The notes beneath the pieces were generated by a model. The model worked only from the letters and a program-made list of their open reading frames with translations, was not told the DNA's origin and searched no databases. This document shows, piece after piece, positions 13,241-24,899 of a stretch of 64,000 nucleotides of DNA; position 1 is the stretch's first letter; each line of letters opens with the position of its first letter. The stretch is taken from positions 620,001 through 684,000 of the forward strand of contig JAYWIR010000022.1 of NCBI GenBank assembly GCA_036172245.1, written 5' to 3'. A program made the position numbers and the translations under genes. Origin of the DNA: Raillietiella orientalis (Eukaryota).

Positions 13241-15879
13241 GAGGAAAAAAGGTTCCGTAACGGATTCGTCCAACTCTGGGTTCTCGGAAGATATTTTTAC
13301 TTTCGGAGCGGCTCAACTGCTCCTGACAGCAACATGAAACAGAAGTCGGGAATCTTTAAAAGTTCCTACAAGGGGCTTTTGGAATTTGATTTCACTTCGA
13401 ATTTTTTTTTTTTTTTTCTTCTTCCCCCTGAGCAAAAATTTGCGGCCGGAGTGTCACCACCACACGCGGAGCCGGCCACGAACTCTTTGACTTGGGAGAG
13501 CAAAAACACACACACACATACACACACAAACACACACCAGCAAAAATGCATAAATACCAATTCGAAATATCAATTAGCTCCCTGTCATTTCGCCTAAGTG
13601 TTAAAGCCAATAAATAACACAAAGTGATCGTAACGGTACATCCCGTCTGAATTCTTTTAGGCATAATATTTCTCATTAATTGACATTCCTCAGATGGACG
13701 GAAAAACCACGCTGTGCTTTAATTCACCAACACATTTCACTGGAGCTCCTTTGTGCTGGAGGCCGCCTCCAGCACGCGAAAACCAAGTAAGAAGAGAAGG
13801 GGCACGTGTGCAGCATCCATTTATCATTTCAAAGGAACGCCGCCAACGGCTACGGATCTCGCAATATCTCGGGATGGATGCACATTCCGGGAAACACGTC
13901 CAACTTTAGCTGCAAACACTGCCCGAGTTACCTTCTGCCGGTAGCGTTCCCCGGTGCGGCCATATTAGCAGCAGCCCGTATCCCAGCTGCCGATGCTCTG
14001 AAGCGGCTGAGAGCAATATCTTCCCCACCTCAAACTGTCAAACAGGAAGATCCTCACGAAGTTGAACGCAAAGGGCGCGGGAAACTGCATCGGGGGAAGA
14101 TGCTTTCCATCGGATCACGGGAATCCCTCTCTCTCGGGAACCTCCGTTCCCGCCGCGGCCTCAGGGAGTGACGACGTGGAGGACGCGGCACCCGGGAGCA
14201 TCCGACACTTTACTGCACTTTTGCACCTTCGCATCTGCACGGCGTAGGTCCGCGCGGGGCGAGGCAGCAGCCCGGTGAGGGCGCACACCACATCGCACGA
14301 CAGGCAGATCGCAACTGAGGGTACTCTTTTTCCGTCCGTGCTCTCTCTCCCTCTCTCTCTCTCTCTCTCATCTTCACGGGCGGATCGGTCCGGATTGTTA
14401 CGCCTCCCGCCGGGGGCATCTCTCCCCGGACGAGGTGATCTCTCCCGCCCTCGATCACGAGCCGTCCGAAGGGGGGGCGCCCGAAACTCGGGGAAGCCTG
14501 GGGTACGCGCGGTGGTCCCCGCGTGCCCCCTCCACAGGATCCCTCGTAAGCCGTGCCGGAGATGGTCTCGGGATCACCGTGTGAGCATCCCGGATCGATT
14601 CTGCCGGTTTTCGCTGTCCCCCGGGTTGCACGCGTCGAGGAATTGGGTTCGCTGAATGCAGGGGGTGTCACATTTTCGCAAGCGCAAAAGGGAAGCATTC
14701 GTCCCCAAGCAGCTTTGCTGGGGCAAAAAGACGACAAAAAGTGTGCGTGTATGTGTGTGGGGGAGGGAGGGGCCTTTGATGTGCAACGCAAGCACAGATC
14801 GGAAAAAAGAAAAAAACCCAAAGCGTTCAGAAGTTGAGGCACAAAGGAAGAACTCTTTAAAAAAACGGGCACGTCAAGATTAACTCCGCAGCTTCCCACT
14901 GTCACCTCGTGGCATCCGCGGACGGTGGCACCTATGCGACGATGATCTCATCAGGTCGAGATGCGGACGAGCGCGTTCAGCTTCCTTCGTCCACTGCGCT
15001 TGTCCCTTAAAAAAAAAAAAAAAAAAACTCTTGCACGTTCACGGTTAGTCTGGAGCCGTCCATTCCCAACGCGATGTACAGTAACGTCTGGAGAATGGGA
15101 ATAATAATAATTAAGGCGGTGTTCCATAATCATGCGTGCCCAAATTCGTCGGACCGACTGCGGTTCACTTCTGGGAGGGGTTCCCGTTCGTAGGACTGCT
15201 AATTACTGTACAGGAGGAACCGATATGTACGTTATCGATATCGGAAGATTCACATCTGCTGCCATCTGCACGGCTCGGCAGGAATCAATCCTTTCAGTCG
15301 ATGGAAGAGTTCGGGAAGGCGCGTGCGTTTCGTGCGGGTGTCCAGAAGGATTTCGCGGGCCTCTTCTGGAGTCGTCTGCTCTAGTTCCTGATCCAGTGTC
15401 TGTTTCCCAGGGGCCGGGCTAGAGGATCCCTTGAGGGGAGGGGAGGATGGCACCCTGCGGAGGAGGCGCGAGTAGCGGAGGCCGCTTCGGGCCACGGAGC
15501 CACGCGAGGAGGGCGCCTTGTCCGAGGTCCGGGGATGGCGCGCCTGACTCTTCCGCTGCCTCCCGAGAAGGGCGCAGAGAAAGGTAGGCACGGCGCCGGG
15601 GTGGGTTCGTTACGTCGTCGCCTCATGGGCGGCTGGCGAGGGCGGGCCGCGCTACGATGCGGACCGCTGGCTCTCTCCGCGCATGGGCAGGAGGGAGGAA
15701 CTCCGCCGTCGGAGGAGGCGTCCGCGAGCCCCGAAGAGAAAGCGGGGGTGGGGGCAGGAGTGGGGGCAGGAGGCTGCTGCAAGCGAATGAGGAAAGTATG
15801 CACCGATGGCTGCTCTCCCACTTCCGGTCCATGTGGTCTCTCGGCCGGGGCAGATGGAGGAGGAGGAAGAGAGAGAAGC

Positions 15880-17150
15880 GCGAGGCAACCTCAGCTTGGG
15901 AGCAGGAACTGAAGGGAGAGATCATCCTCACCCGCTGCCTACCCTCTCGGCACCACGCTCGCTCGCTCTTTCGACTGCGAACTGTTGCCGTGGACACCCC
16001 GGTGCGATGGAAGGGGGAAGACGGAGCTTTTCCGGTTGGCATGACCAAGACGGGTGTTCCCGCTCGGGCAATGCCAGGATCCGAGTAAGGGGAGGAGAGA
16101 AGAGGGGTTTCCTGGGATACTGGCGACCGCTCCGCTTCGCCTCGAGTTCCTCCCTGGTCCCCCTGCCTTCTTCCTCCGGGCGCAAGACCCAACTCCTACT
16201 CCAGGCAGCCTTCAGAGGTGGCCCGAGGTTGCCGCGAAAGGGCCCCCCTCGCTCGCCCCTTCCTGCCCACTGCTGTTTCCTCAGGGACGGGGTCAGATTC
16301 CAGGAACGGACGCTTCCGGGTCTCCCGGAGACCTTCCGAGCATGGGGTCGGTCGGAGGAGATGCCGCCTGGATGCAAGGGCCCTCTTTCCCGGAGGGACG
16401 AGGCTCCCTCCCCCTCTGAGGAAGGCGCCCTCAGAGGAGGGAGTGCGAGTCCAGCCAGGGGCTCCGCAGTTGCTCCCTCCCCGCCCTCGGCATTCCCCAT
16501 GCCGTTCAGCCGCAAACTCCCTCTCGCTCGCTCGGTGGCCGCCGCCGACTGCGGGCCACACGTGCGGGGGCGGACACGAGACCCTGCCTCCAGAGCGGAC
16601 AGTTCAGCGACCCTCTGCCTTTCCGGCCCATCGCCGCCGCAGACCACCCGGATCGGGGCAACCCGGAAGAGGAACTTCCGCGTCCTACGCCCCTGACTCC
16701 CCGCGGGCGCGGCGGCAGGAGGGGCGCCTCGGGGATGCGGGAGGCTGTCCCCATACACGGACGGCGCCTGCGGGCTTTCGAGGTTCCCCGATCGGCCGAT
16801 GTTAGTGCGCAGCAGCACCTTGCCTGCGCCCTCGGGCTATGGCTGGCCCCCTTCCATCCGGGAGGGGATCCAGGCGGCTCACGAAGGAGGAGGGAGACCA
16901 CTCAGTGACCTCCGTGGACTGGAGGAGCGACCACCACGGGCAGCGGCCCGGGGAAGCCGACATCTCCCTCGCGTGAGAGAGCACCCGTGCGGGGCCTGCA
17001 GTCCCTGTGGGGAAGGTCACCGCTGGGGCTGCCAAACTCCTTGGCCGCATGGAGGAAAAGATCCTCCAGGCATGCTCGCCTCGGGAGCAGAGGAAGGTGG
17101 GATGCGGATCAACGGAGTCGTTCCAACGCCGTTCCCTGCTCCCCTCCCTC
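15880..17150 (+). mobile_element. Degenerate R2-like (RLE) retrotransposon, 3' half
   Basis: Motifs in the expected order across frames: QELKGEIILTRCLPSRHHA and DTPVRW...GEERRG (post-RT/GGLG region), HTCGGGHETL (CCHC-like), GLSRFPDR (PD motif), IQAAHEG...SDL, and a terminal LGSRGRW. Confidence 0.42.
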
Positions 17151-17599
17151 CCCGTCCCCTACGGTCGCGCCACCGGTGCCACCCGGCCTGACCGCAGGCG
17201 CCGGCGGGCGTATTCTCCGGAGTCTCGCCGTCTCCCCGGAGTAGACCGCCGTCTCCAGGACAACCTTCCTCCGGGACAACTCCCGCAGGAATGGGGGCGG
17301 GTCGGGACTCCTGCCGGACGCATAAGCAGCGCAGCAGCCACCATGCGCCCGCGGTCCTCTCGGGACGGAAGCAGCGACCTACCCACATCCCTCCCGTTGC
17401 ATAACAGCGCACATCTCCACGCTCCCCTGCCTCCCCGCTCGCGGTGAAGGGCCGGATGAGAAGACCGGATCCAGTCGTTTCGATCTCCAGCAGTTGCCGC
17501 GGGGACGCCGCTTGACAGGACAGGCGGTACCCGGAGGCACCGAAGCCGAGGGGTCGGGAGGTCAGGCGTTGCCTGGAGCCCGCCTGGGCTCAGATCTTG

Positions 17600-18340
17600 C
17601 GGACCCCGCTGGTGGGAAGAGATCAGGAGGGGAGGGGGCGTGCCGTGCCGTCCCTGCTTTCATCCTTCCGAGGTGGGCAGCGGCGGAGCAAGGGCTCGTT
17701 GCCATGACACCCGAGACGCTTCTTCCGCTCCCGGGTTCGCCTCCGGCGGCTTCGCGGGAGTTCCCTCCGCCTTCCCTGGGCTCGAAGGGAGGGTGAAGGA
17801 GGCGATCTGCCACTCCATGGCGAGGGCGGCCTCTCAGGGAGCGGCTCCTCCCCTCCCCCTCCTCCCGGCCACGAAGCGTTTCGTTGCGCGCGCACACAAG
17901 GGCCGAGAAAGTGGACAGGCGAAGAGGATTGTCGTTGCCCTCTCTTGGCGAAGATCCCGTCCGCCTGCATACGAGGGATCCCTCGGTCGGAGTCCTCGAC
18001 AGGAGGGCTGGCTTGTTCGGAACCGGTCCGCCAAGCGAGGTGGCGGCGGGGGTTCCTCCTGTGGGGGTGCACGGGAAGCGAGATGGACAACATCCTCGGG
18101 GAAGGAAAGATGGGCCGCTCCCTCCTCTCTTCACGAGCGGCGGCAAGCCAGGACCCCGAGCGCCGCAGGCGTGTCTTCCCCCGTCCCCTGTCGGCTGCAC
18201 GAAGACAGCTCGTGGAGCCGCAGCGGGAGTGGCTCGCCTCCCAACAGACCGGGGATCTTCGCCCAAGGCGGGACCCGCCTCACTCCCTTGCAGTTTCCCC
18301 GCATCCTCTTAGGCCTTTCTCCGCACTTCTTCTCCATGGA
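17600..18340 (-). mobile_element. Possible APE-endonuclease remnant of a LINE ORF2
   Basis: Weak, frameshifted echoes of APE motifs ending in KKRLGCHGNEPLL (resembles GxWKLNxSLL). Confidence 0.25.
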
Positions 18341-20929
18341 CTGAGGGCTCGCGACAGCTCCCCTCCTCTCCGACCTTCTGCGCGTGATTGGTCGGATCCC
18401 CCCGATCCGGAGGGTCGGACGCGCGCGGGCTCAACCGCCTTGATGGACGAGAGTCACGTGACTTCCGATTCGGTCCTTAGCGTGCGCGGCGCTAGGGACC
18501 GAACAGTCCGTCCCTGACGCAAGAGTGGTCCTTTGTTCCTCCCTGCCGGCGACTGGGCCTCTTCGACCCGCTAGCCGTGCGCTTTGCTGGGGACAGGGAC
18601 GGTAAGGGGGTGGTGGGAGAGGAAGGAAGGAAACAGACGTATGAGCCCCTCGAGCCCGCGTCCCGCGCCACCCAACCCCCTCTGCCAGAGGCGCGCTCGT
18701 GGAGAGCGAGCGCGGAGCCGCCGCCGCGATCCTTACGGCGCACGCGCGGTCAGGCACCCGCCTGGTCGTGCGGAACGCTACGGCTATCGCTCCTCACGCG
18801 CCGACCTCCGTGACCTCCCGCGAACGCATCGGGTCTGGCGTCGAGCATATGGCCTAGCTGTCTCGCATGCCGCACGGGCACGCCAGTTTCGCGCGGGGAG
18901 ACGGTGCCAACAGGAGCACACGGACGAGCAGCAGTGCACCTTCCTTCTGAACCGAAGCGACCACGCGTCTTTCTGGAGGATTGGACCCGCCGAGCTCTAG
19001 GATTCGAGCTGGGTCGACCGGAACTGGGGTCGGCAGGCCGGCTGACCTTCTCTTTTTCTTCCCTTCCTCTTCCTCTTCTCTTCCTCCTTCTTCCTTCCTT
19101 CTCCGTGAGCTGCGAGGAACACACTCCGCAGTCTCCGTGGATGCAGGAGGACGGACGGCGTAGTTCGGGAATGCTGGCCGCCGCCTCTCGAGGGCGGAGA
19201 AGCTGAGGATGCTGAGCTTCCTAGCCGGGGGCCGGATGTCCTCTCTCGAGGTGGATTTCCGGGTGCCGCCGGCTCGGATCGCGGGAGCCGCGGGAGAGAT
19301 CCGCGTCGCATCTTTTCGGATGCCATTCTCGATCCGCGGCAGTCTCCCCTAAGAGGAGCACGCGCTCCCGAAGCGTCCCGTGCAATGCCGGAAGGAAGGG
19401 GAAGAGGGGCGCAGGGAGTTTCCGGCTGTTCGTTCTTTGTGCTCTCTCTGCGCGTTGGGTTGAGGGGGGAAGAGGGGAGCGCGCGAAATCGCCATTCTCG
19501 TCTAGCGTGAAGCTGGGGGCTCTCCGGGTCCGGACCGTCGGGGGACTGAGGAGGAGAAGGGGTACACCTGCTCCGGGGCTCGGAGTTCTGCGCTTTCCTC
19601 CCCCTTTCTTGTCGCGCCCACCTCCACTCGAGCCGGCTGCCAGGCTTCCCTCCGTGCTTTTCCAAGGGCTCATTTCCAGGGCGCTTACAGAGCGTGCGGG
19701 GTGATTTCCCTCCGGGGAGAGGAGGAGCAGCCCTGGCGTGGCCGGGAGTCGAGCAAGAAGCGACGCCGAGGCGGAGAACCACCCCGCGCTTGTCCTGCTG
19801 CCGGACGATGTCGACGCCATCTTGGATTGTGAGCGCCGTGGATTCCATCCCCTCCCCTCCCTCCTCGCGAGGAAGAGTGGAAGCAGAGGCTGCTCCTCCC
19901 GGAGCGATCACCCTAGCACGGGCAAAACGAGGTGGTCCAGAAGCTGCCTCGCATGAAGCCCGGCCTGCTCACCGCGGGTTTCCGGTGTGCGGCCGCCCCG
20001 GAGACAGGACGTCGTGGAAGGCAGGGAGGGGTCCTTTCGGGCAGTGCTGCCCAGAGAAGGAGTCTGCGGGCGGCGTCGAGGGCTCTCCCCTAAGCAAGGG
20101 GAGTGGCTGGGGAAGGAGTCTCCGTTCGTCCGCGGAAAGGGGCGGTGCTCACGTCTGCTACGCGCGGCCGTCGCGCGCCCGCACTCCCGTGAGGTCTGGG
20201 ATCTCCGGAGCTGGAGCGAGCATCCCAGGCGCCTCTCCCTCCTCCTCAGACACCCCTCCAGGAGACTCCGAGGACATATCGGGAAAAATGGTCCGCCGCC
20301 AGGGCAGCGAAGCGCCTGAGCGCGCCTCCGGCAGCCGCTCGTGGTAGCAGATTCTTGAGTCACCACTCGAGTGGAGATCGCTTCGCCTGCTGGAGCCACG
20401 GGAGCAAGGAGGTTCAATGTGTTCTCATCGCTCCTGGATCCGAGCGACCGCTCCTATGGGTGCCTCCCTGAGCTGCTCCAAAGCCAGCAGATCCTGGGGG
20501 AGCGCGGCGGACGTCAGGATTCCCTCCCAAGGGGCATTCCTGGTAAAGAGGAAGGCAGCAAGGGAGCGCGGCTCCGCGGGAGGCGAGGGCGATGATGTCC
20601 CGGTTATTCCGGAAGCAACGAAGCGGGTAAGGAAACCGGGAGGGAATCCGAGAGGGAGAGAGCAACTGTCCCCTGGGATGGACTCGCTTTCGGTTTCCCT
20701 CGCGGGGAAGACCCCCACCTCTTCCGGCGGCGGACTGCCCTTCGGGGTCCGTAGGGCCCCTGGGCCTTCGGAGAGGCCTCGGAAGGAGGGGTGAATGACG
20801 ATGGATGAGGGGAATGCCGGGGGAGAGGGCGAGGAGGAGGAGTAGGGGCAGCAAAGACGGCTGAAGAAGCGTCACGAGGAACGGTCCTTCCAGCCGGAGG
20901 AGTCTCCAATCACTGGAATCGTCTTTTGC

Positions 20930-21170
20930 AGGTGACGCCATCTGAGAGGTCTGCAGGTGGCCTCCTCCGCGGACGGACCCGCAACTAGTTGTCGGACCCC
21001 AAGGACAGAGGGAGGGAGACACTCCGGAGTCCGATCCTCCCTTCCTCCCTGATGGAGATCTCAGCTTCCCTCTTCTCCTTCCTCTTTGCTGGGAGAGTGC
21101 AGAAGAGCGTATGCCCGCTGGAAGCGACTCTCGCTGCCACCGAAGAGGCCTGCTGGCCGCCGCCTGAGTA
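20930..21170 (-). mobile_element. Possible LINE ORF1 zinc-knuckle remnant
   Basis: WGPTTSCGSVRGGGHLQ resembles GQPxTCxxCxxxGHL. Confidence 0.25.
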
Positions 21171-21939
21171 ATCCTCCCCCCCTCCTTTTTTTTTTCCCGC
21201 CGCAGCTGCGGAAGCGGCCGCGCCAGCTGAGGCGCGCGTGGAAGCCGCAGCTCCAGTGGCAACGCCTCCTCTTCCCCCTTCGCTCCAGTCGCGCGCGCGG
21301 CGGGTCACATGATCCGCCGCGCTTCTACCCGGGCGGTTTCCGCGTCAGGTGCAGCCGTCCTCCCGATCCCTCCTGCGACGTGCCGGTGGGGCCGCTCCTC
21401 GGCACCTCTCGGAAGCCGGGCGGGGCCCGCAAAGAGCGGCGAGAACAATCGCTGGCGGTCGCGCCGGGCTGCAGGAGGAGGTCGGCGGCGTCGCTTTGAC
21501 GGAGGAGGGGCTCGTCTCCTCCCCGCGCTCCCATTGTTTCCCTAGCCCCAGCCTTTCCGGAGAGCGCCGCTTCCAAATTTATCACCGAGGCAGTTCCGGG
21601 AAGGGAGACTGAGTCCGGGATGGGCTACCGCCGCCGCCGCAGCTCCAGCGAGGGCTGGGAGTTGCCTCGAGGGAGCGTTTTTTGTTTTCGTTTCTTCTTC
21701 CCCACTCCTTCTTCTTCTGGAAGATCCGGGAGAGACAGCGGAGGGAGGAGGGAGAGGAGGAGGAAATCCTCGAGCTCTCTGCTTCTTCCAAAGGTCTTCC
21801 GAGGGGAAGAGTCGCGCGCGCGCGTGCCTGCGGCGACGGCTACGACCCGCACGCACGCGCGACTCCGAGGACGCTTCCTCTGAGAGGGGGTTCACCCTGC
21901 GCGAAGGAACGGGAGCGAACGCCGCCGCCGCTCGCCCGA

Positions 21940-22480
21940 GACGCTGAGTCAGGAGCGAGCGGTCTCCGAGAGACCAGCAACGAAGCGCTCCGTCAGCATC
22001 CAGCGACAGCGAAGGAGAAGAATCAGGCGAAGCGAAGTGGCGTCTTTCCGACGTTGCAGGGATGCTGCTCCACATGCCTTGCGGGGATCCGGATCGGGAG
22101 GCCGATGCCCGACTACTCTTCAAGGCAAACCCTCAGTGACCTTCCAGACGGAGATCAGCCAGTACGGAGGGCGTTTTCATACTGGCGTACTTCGAGCCAG
22201 TACGAAACGTGCCTGGCCTTTTCTTCAGGTCTTCCTGCCTCCCGTCGATCAGCAGCATCTCGGTCATCCTTTCCGGGGAAGGGAGGGGGATGTGCACGAA
22301 CAGATCGGAGGTACCTCTTCCATCCTCAGTGACACGACTGGCTTCCAAGGTTGTAAGAGGTTCCCCTAGACCCCGATGTCCCCAGACCTTCCGAGATCGA
22401 ACGTCGGCAGGACATCACCCACCCGGCTCCAGAATGCACGCCTGATGCAACTGTTTTCTTTACTTGCTAACCCTTCCTTC
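21940..22480 (-). mobile_element. Reverse transcriptase remnant, I/Jockey-like LINE
   Basis: Ordered motifs: GRGTSDL, MLLIDGRQ (position of DxxKAFD), SRSGSPQG (GxPQG) and SLSLDADG (YADD). Confidence 0.55.
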
Positions 22481-22703
22481 ACCTCCTCAGGGTCACGACC
22501 GCTTCGAGGCTCTCCGCTGCACTTGTCGCGTTCAGCAAAGGTCGAAGGCTCGTCGAGACAAGCAGCCCTGGAGACCCCAATCCATAATAGGTAGGGCCAA
22601 GACCGGCTTGGAAACTCGAGACAGGGCGCCAGCGTTGGCGCCGCCGCCCTCGGGGAACCGAGTTTAAATCCTAGAATGCCTGGATGCCCTAAATCAGGCA
22701 TTC

Positions 22704-22741
22704 GCAGCCACACAGCCCCCGTTGGGGGGCCGTGTGGCTGC
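22704..22741. repeat. 17-bp inverted repeat (hairpin)
   Basis: GCAGCCACACAGCCCCC / GTTG loop / GGGGGCCGTGTGGCTGC; 16 of 17 positions pair. Confidence 0.92.
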
Positions 22742-22744
22742 AGT

Positions 22745-23540
22745 CTTTGGGCGTGGTACCGAACTTCGCGGGTTCGAATCCCCAAGTGAAGGATCGACGC
22801 CGAGAAATGGCGGGGGTGCGTCGTGGGTTTCGATTCCCCTCTCTCCCCCTGCGGGATGGCGCTGGTTGACCTGTGCCCGGGTGTGGCACCAGTGGAGGCC
22901 GGATGCCCCCGCTGACTGGACGGGCTTGGAATTTGACCCTCCGGAGTACTTCCAGGAATCAAGGCGTCCGTTCCCTCCGGGGTTCCACCTTCCGGTTGGG
23001 AGAATGGAGCTCTCCATCGGTTACCATGGAGATGGTTGATGCCTCTACGGAGTGTCAAGAAGCGCGCTGCTCCCTTCCGGGAGCGCCCTTCAGAGAAAAC
23101 TGGAAGCGTTCCACCTGAGTTCTCTTCAGAGAAGAAAACAAAGAGCGGTTCTCTCGCGAGTTCCTTTCGGAGAAGAAATGAGGGGTGACCTCTCTGGAGG
23201 ATTCTCTCTTCCGGAGAGAGTGAGGAAGAGGTGGTTCCCTTCGGGGTCCCTTCCCAAGAGTGAGAGAGAAATGGACTCCTTCCTCTCGAGCCTTCCTGGA
23301 TTCGGAGAGTGGTCCCTCCGGGGATGCCCCCTATAACTTGAAGAGTTACGCGCACCCTCCCGGGAGGTGGGGACGGTCCGTGTACGAGAGTTTCGTGAGT
23401 CCTCAGGCGGGCGATTCGCGAGTGTTCCGCTCGGGGAGGCCGGAGCAAAACGGTCGGGATGCGCGTCCGTTCCGAAGTGCTGCTTTCCTGCCATACTGCC
23501 CCGAATCGCTGACAGCCGAGTCTGCTCCGGGAGGTGCCTA
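22745..23540 (+). mobile_element. Interspersed repeat family 'head', copy 1; probable LINE 5' region/ORF1 (RRM-like plus zinc knuckle)
   Basis: Clear DNA similarity to copies at ~24 kb, 32.3 kb, 36-37 kb and 39.8 kb (shared CAGGAATCAAGG, GAGTGTCAAGAAGCGCGCTGCTCCCTT). Translations give PYNLKS and a terminal FLPYCPES...SAP knuckle-like motif. Confidence 0.6.
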
Positions 23541-23699
23541 GAACGAGGTCTTCGGAGTGAGAGGTTACTAGGAGATCCCGCTCAGGAGACGCCTTTCTTG
23601 AGGAAAAGGAAAAGATCTGGCATTCCCCTCGCTCTTGTCGCGCGGGAGTTTCGGCTGAGCGGGAGCGGAAGAGACGAGCTCGAACTTGGGCGACAAAGT

Positions 23700-24370
23700 C
23701 CAGCCTGAACCGCAGAAGTAAACGCGGGGGTGGAAGTTGAGTCGATGCGGCCGAGACTCCGAAAGTGGTCCGTTCCTCTCACGCTTGGGGAAGGATCCCC
23801 TCGGAGAGGGGGGGGGATCGCACCTCCCACCCTGGTTGCCTCCGAAGGGGATCTCCTTCCTCATTCCCTCCGGAGGGACACCCACCTAATAGGGAGGGTG
23901 GTCTTCTCCATTTCTTCTCCGACAGGAACCCGCAAGGGAATTGCTCCTGTTCACTCCTCTGAAGAGAACCCCGAAGGGACACTTCCGAAATCCAGAAGGG
24001 GCGCTGCAGCTTTCCGCAGGGGGATCGCTCTCGCTTGCTTCCTTGCACTCTTCTGGAGAGGCGGCGACTCGGAGAGTCCCCCTCTCAACAGGGGGGTCTG
24101 CTCCTTTGAACAACTAGAGAGGTGCCTGTGAAGGTTCCTGCTCCATCTTGAAACCGGAGGGGTCCACCCGGTGTGGGGGTTCCGCTCTCCGTTGCAAGAC
24201 CGGAGGGGGAACTCCCCACTCCTTGATTCCTGGAAGGACCCGAAGGTCGACTCCCATTGTTTGGGCCTTCATCGGGGGCCTCCGGCTTAAGAGGCCACCG
24301 GTGCCACGCCCGAATGTCTCGACAACCAGCGCCATTGCAGGAGAAACTCGAAACCCAACGACGCAATGGC
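23700..24370 (-). mobile_element. 'Head'/ORF1-like repeat, copy 2 (inverted relative to copy 1)
   Basis: Reverse complement contains GGGTTTCGAGTTTC, GGGCGTGGCACC, CCAGGAATCAAGGAG and GGGGTTCTCTTCAGAGGAG, matching copy 1. Confidence 0.6.
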
Positions 24371-24469
24371 GTCAGTTTCTGCAGGAGTATTCTAACCCGC
24401 GACGCATGGTGCCATACGCGGAAGCATTAAGCACAAAGCCTCCGACGCGGGCCTCAGGCTGCTCTCAGA

Positions 24470-24890
24470 CGGGGAGGCGTCCCCTGAATACAGGAGATTC
24501 CAAAAGAAAAAAAAAACAAAAGTTCATTGGAGATGACCACCGGTACGCAGGCACTCTTATAAAAAAGTAGGGAGCGGAGGGAAAGGACAATAGATAAATA
24601 AAAAAAGAGACGGGAGGGTAGGGAAAGGTGTCTTTTGGTTTCAATCGTTCTTTTCTTCCTAAAAGCGGCTGTGGAAGGTGGCGATCTCCTTGATGACTTC
24701 TTGGAGTTGAGATCACCTTGCTGCTGTCCTCATCGAGGCGCCTGCCATGAGGATTGCGCTGTGAACGAGATTCCACCACGGAGCGGGCTGCGATGATGGC
24801 TGCGCAGGCGCAACAGATCGTTCGATTGAGCCGCCTTGCGAGTCCTTGGCGGTGTCCTCCGAGTAGCGGAGAGCCGAGGCTGGTCTTCAC
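24470..24890 (-). mobile_element. L1/Tx1-like LINE 3' fragment (copy A)
   Basis: MRTAAR*SQLQEVIKEIATFHSR matches the family C-terminus; pyrimidine-rich UTR with GCCTGCGTACCGG and hairpin TCTCCTG-TATT-CAGGGGA. Confidence 0.65.
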
Positions 24891-24899
24891 ATGTCCTTC

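Noticed and set aside
18600..19050. Additional LINE C-terminal zinc motif (RETGVPVRHARQLGHMLDARP, minus strand)
   Set aside because: All cysteines are missing, so the resemblance is too faint to list as a feature.
22730..22800. tRNA gene
   Set aside because: A B-box-like motif is present, but I could not build an acceptor stem or cloverleaf; it is part of an interspersed repeat.
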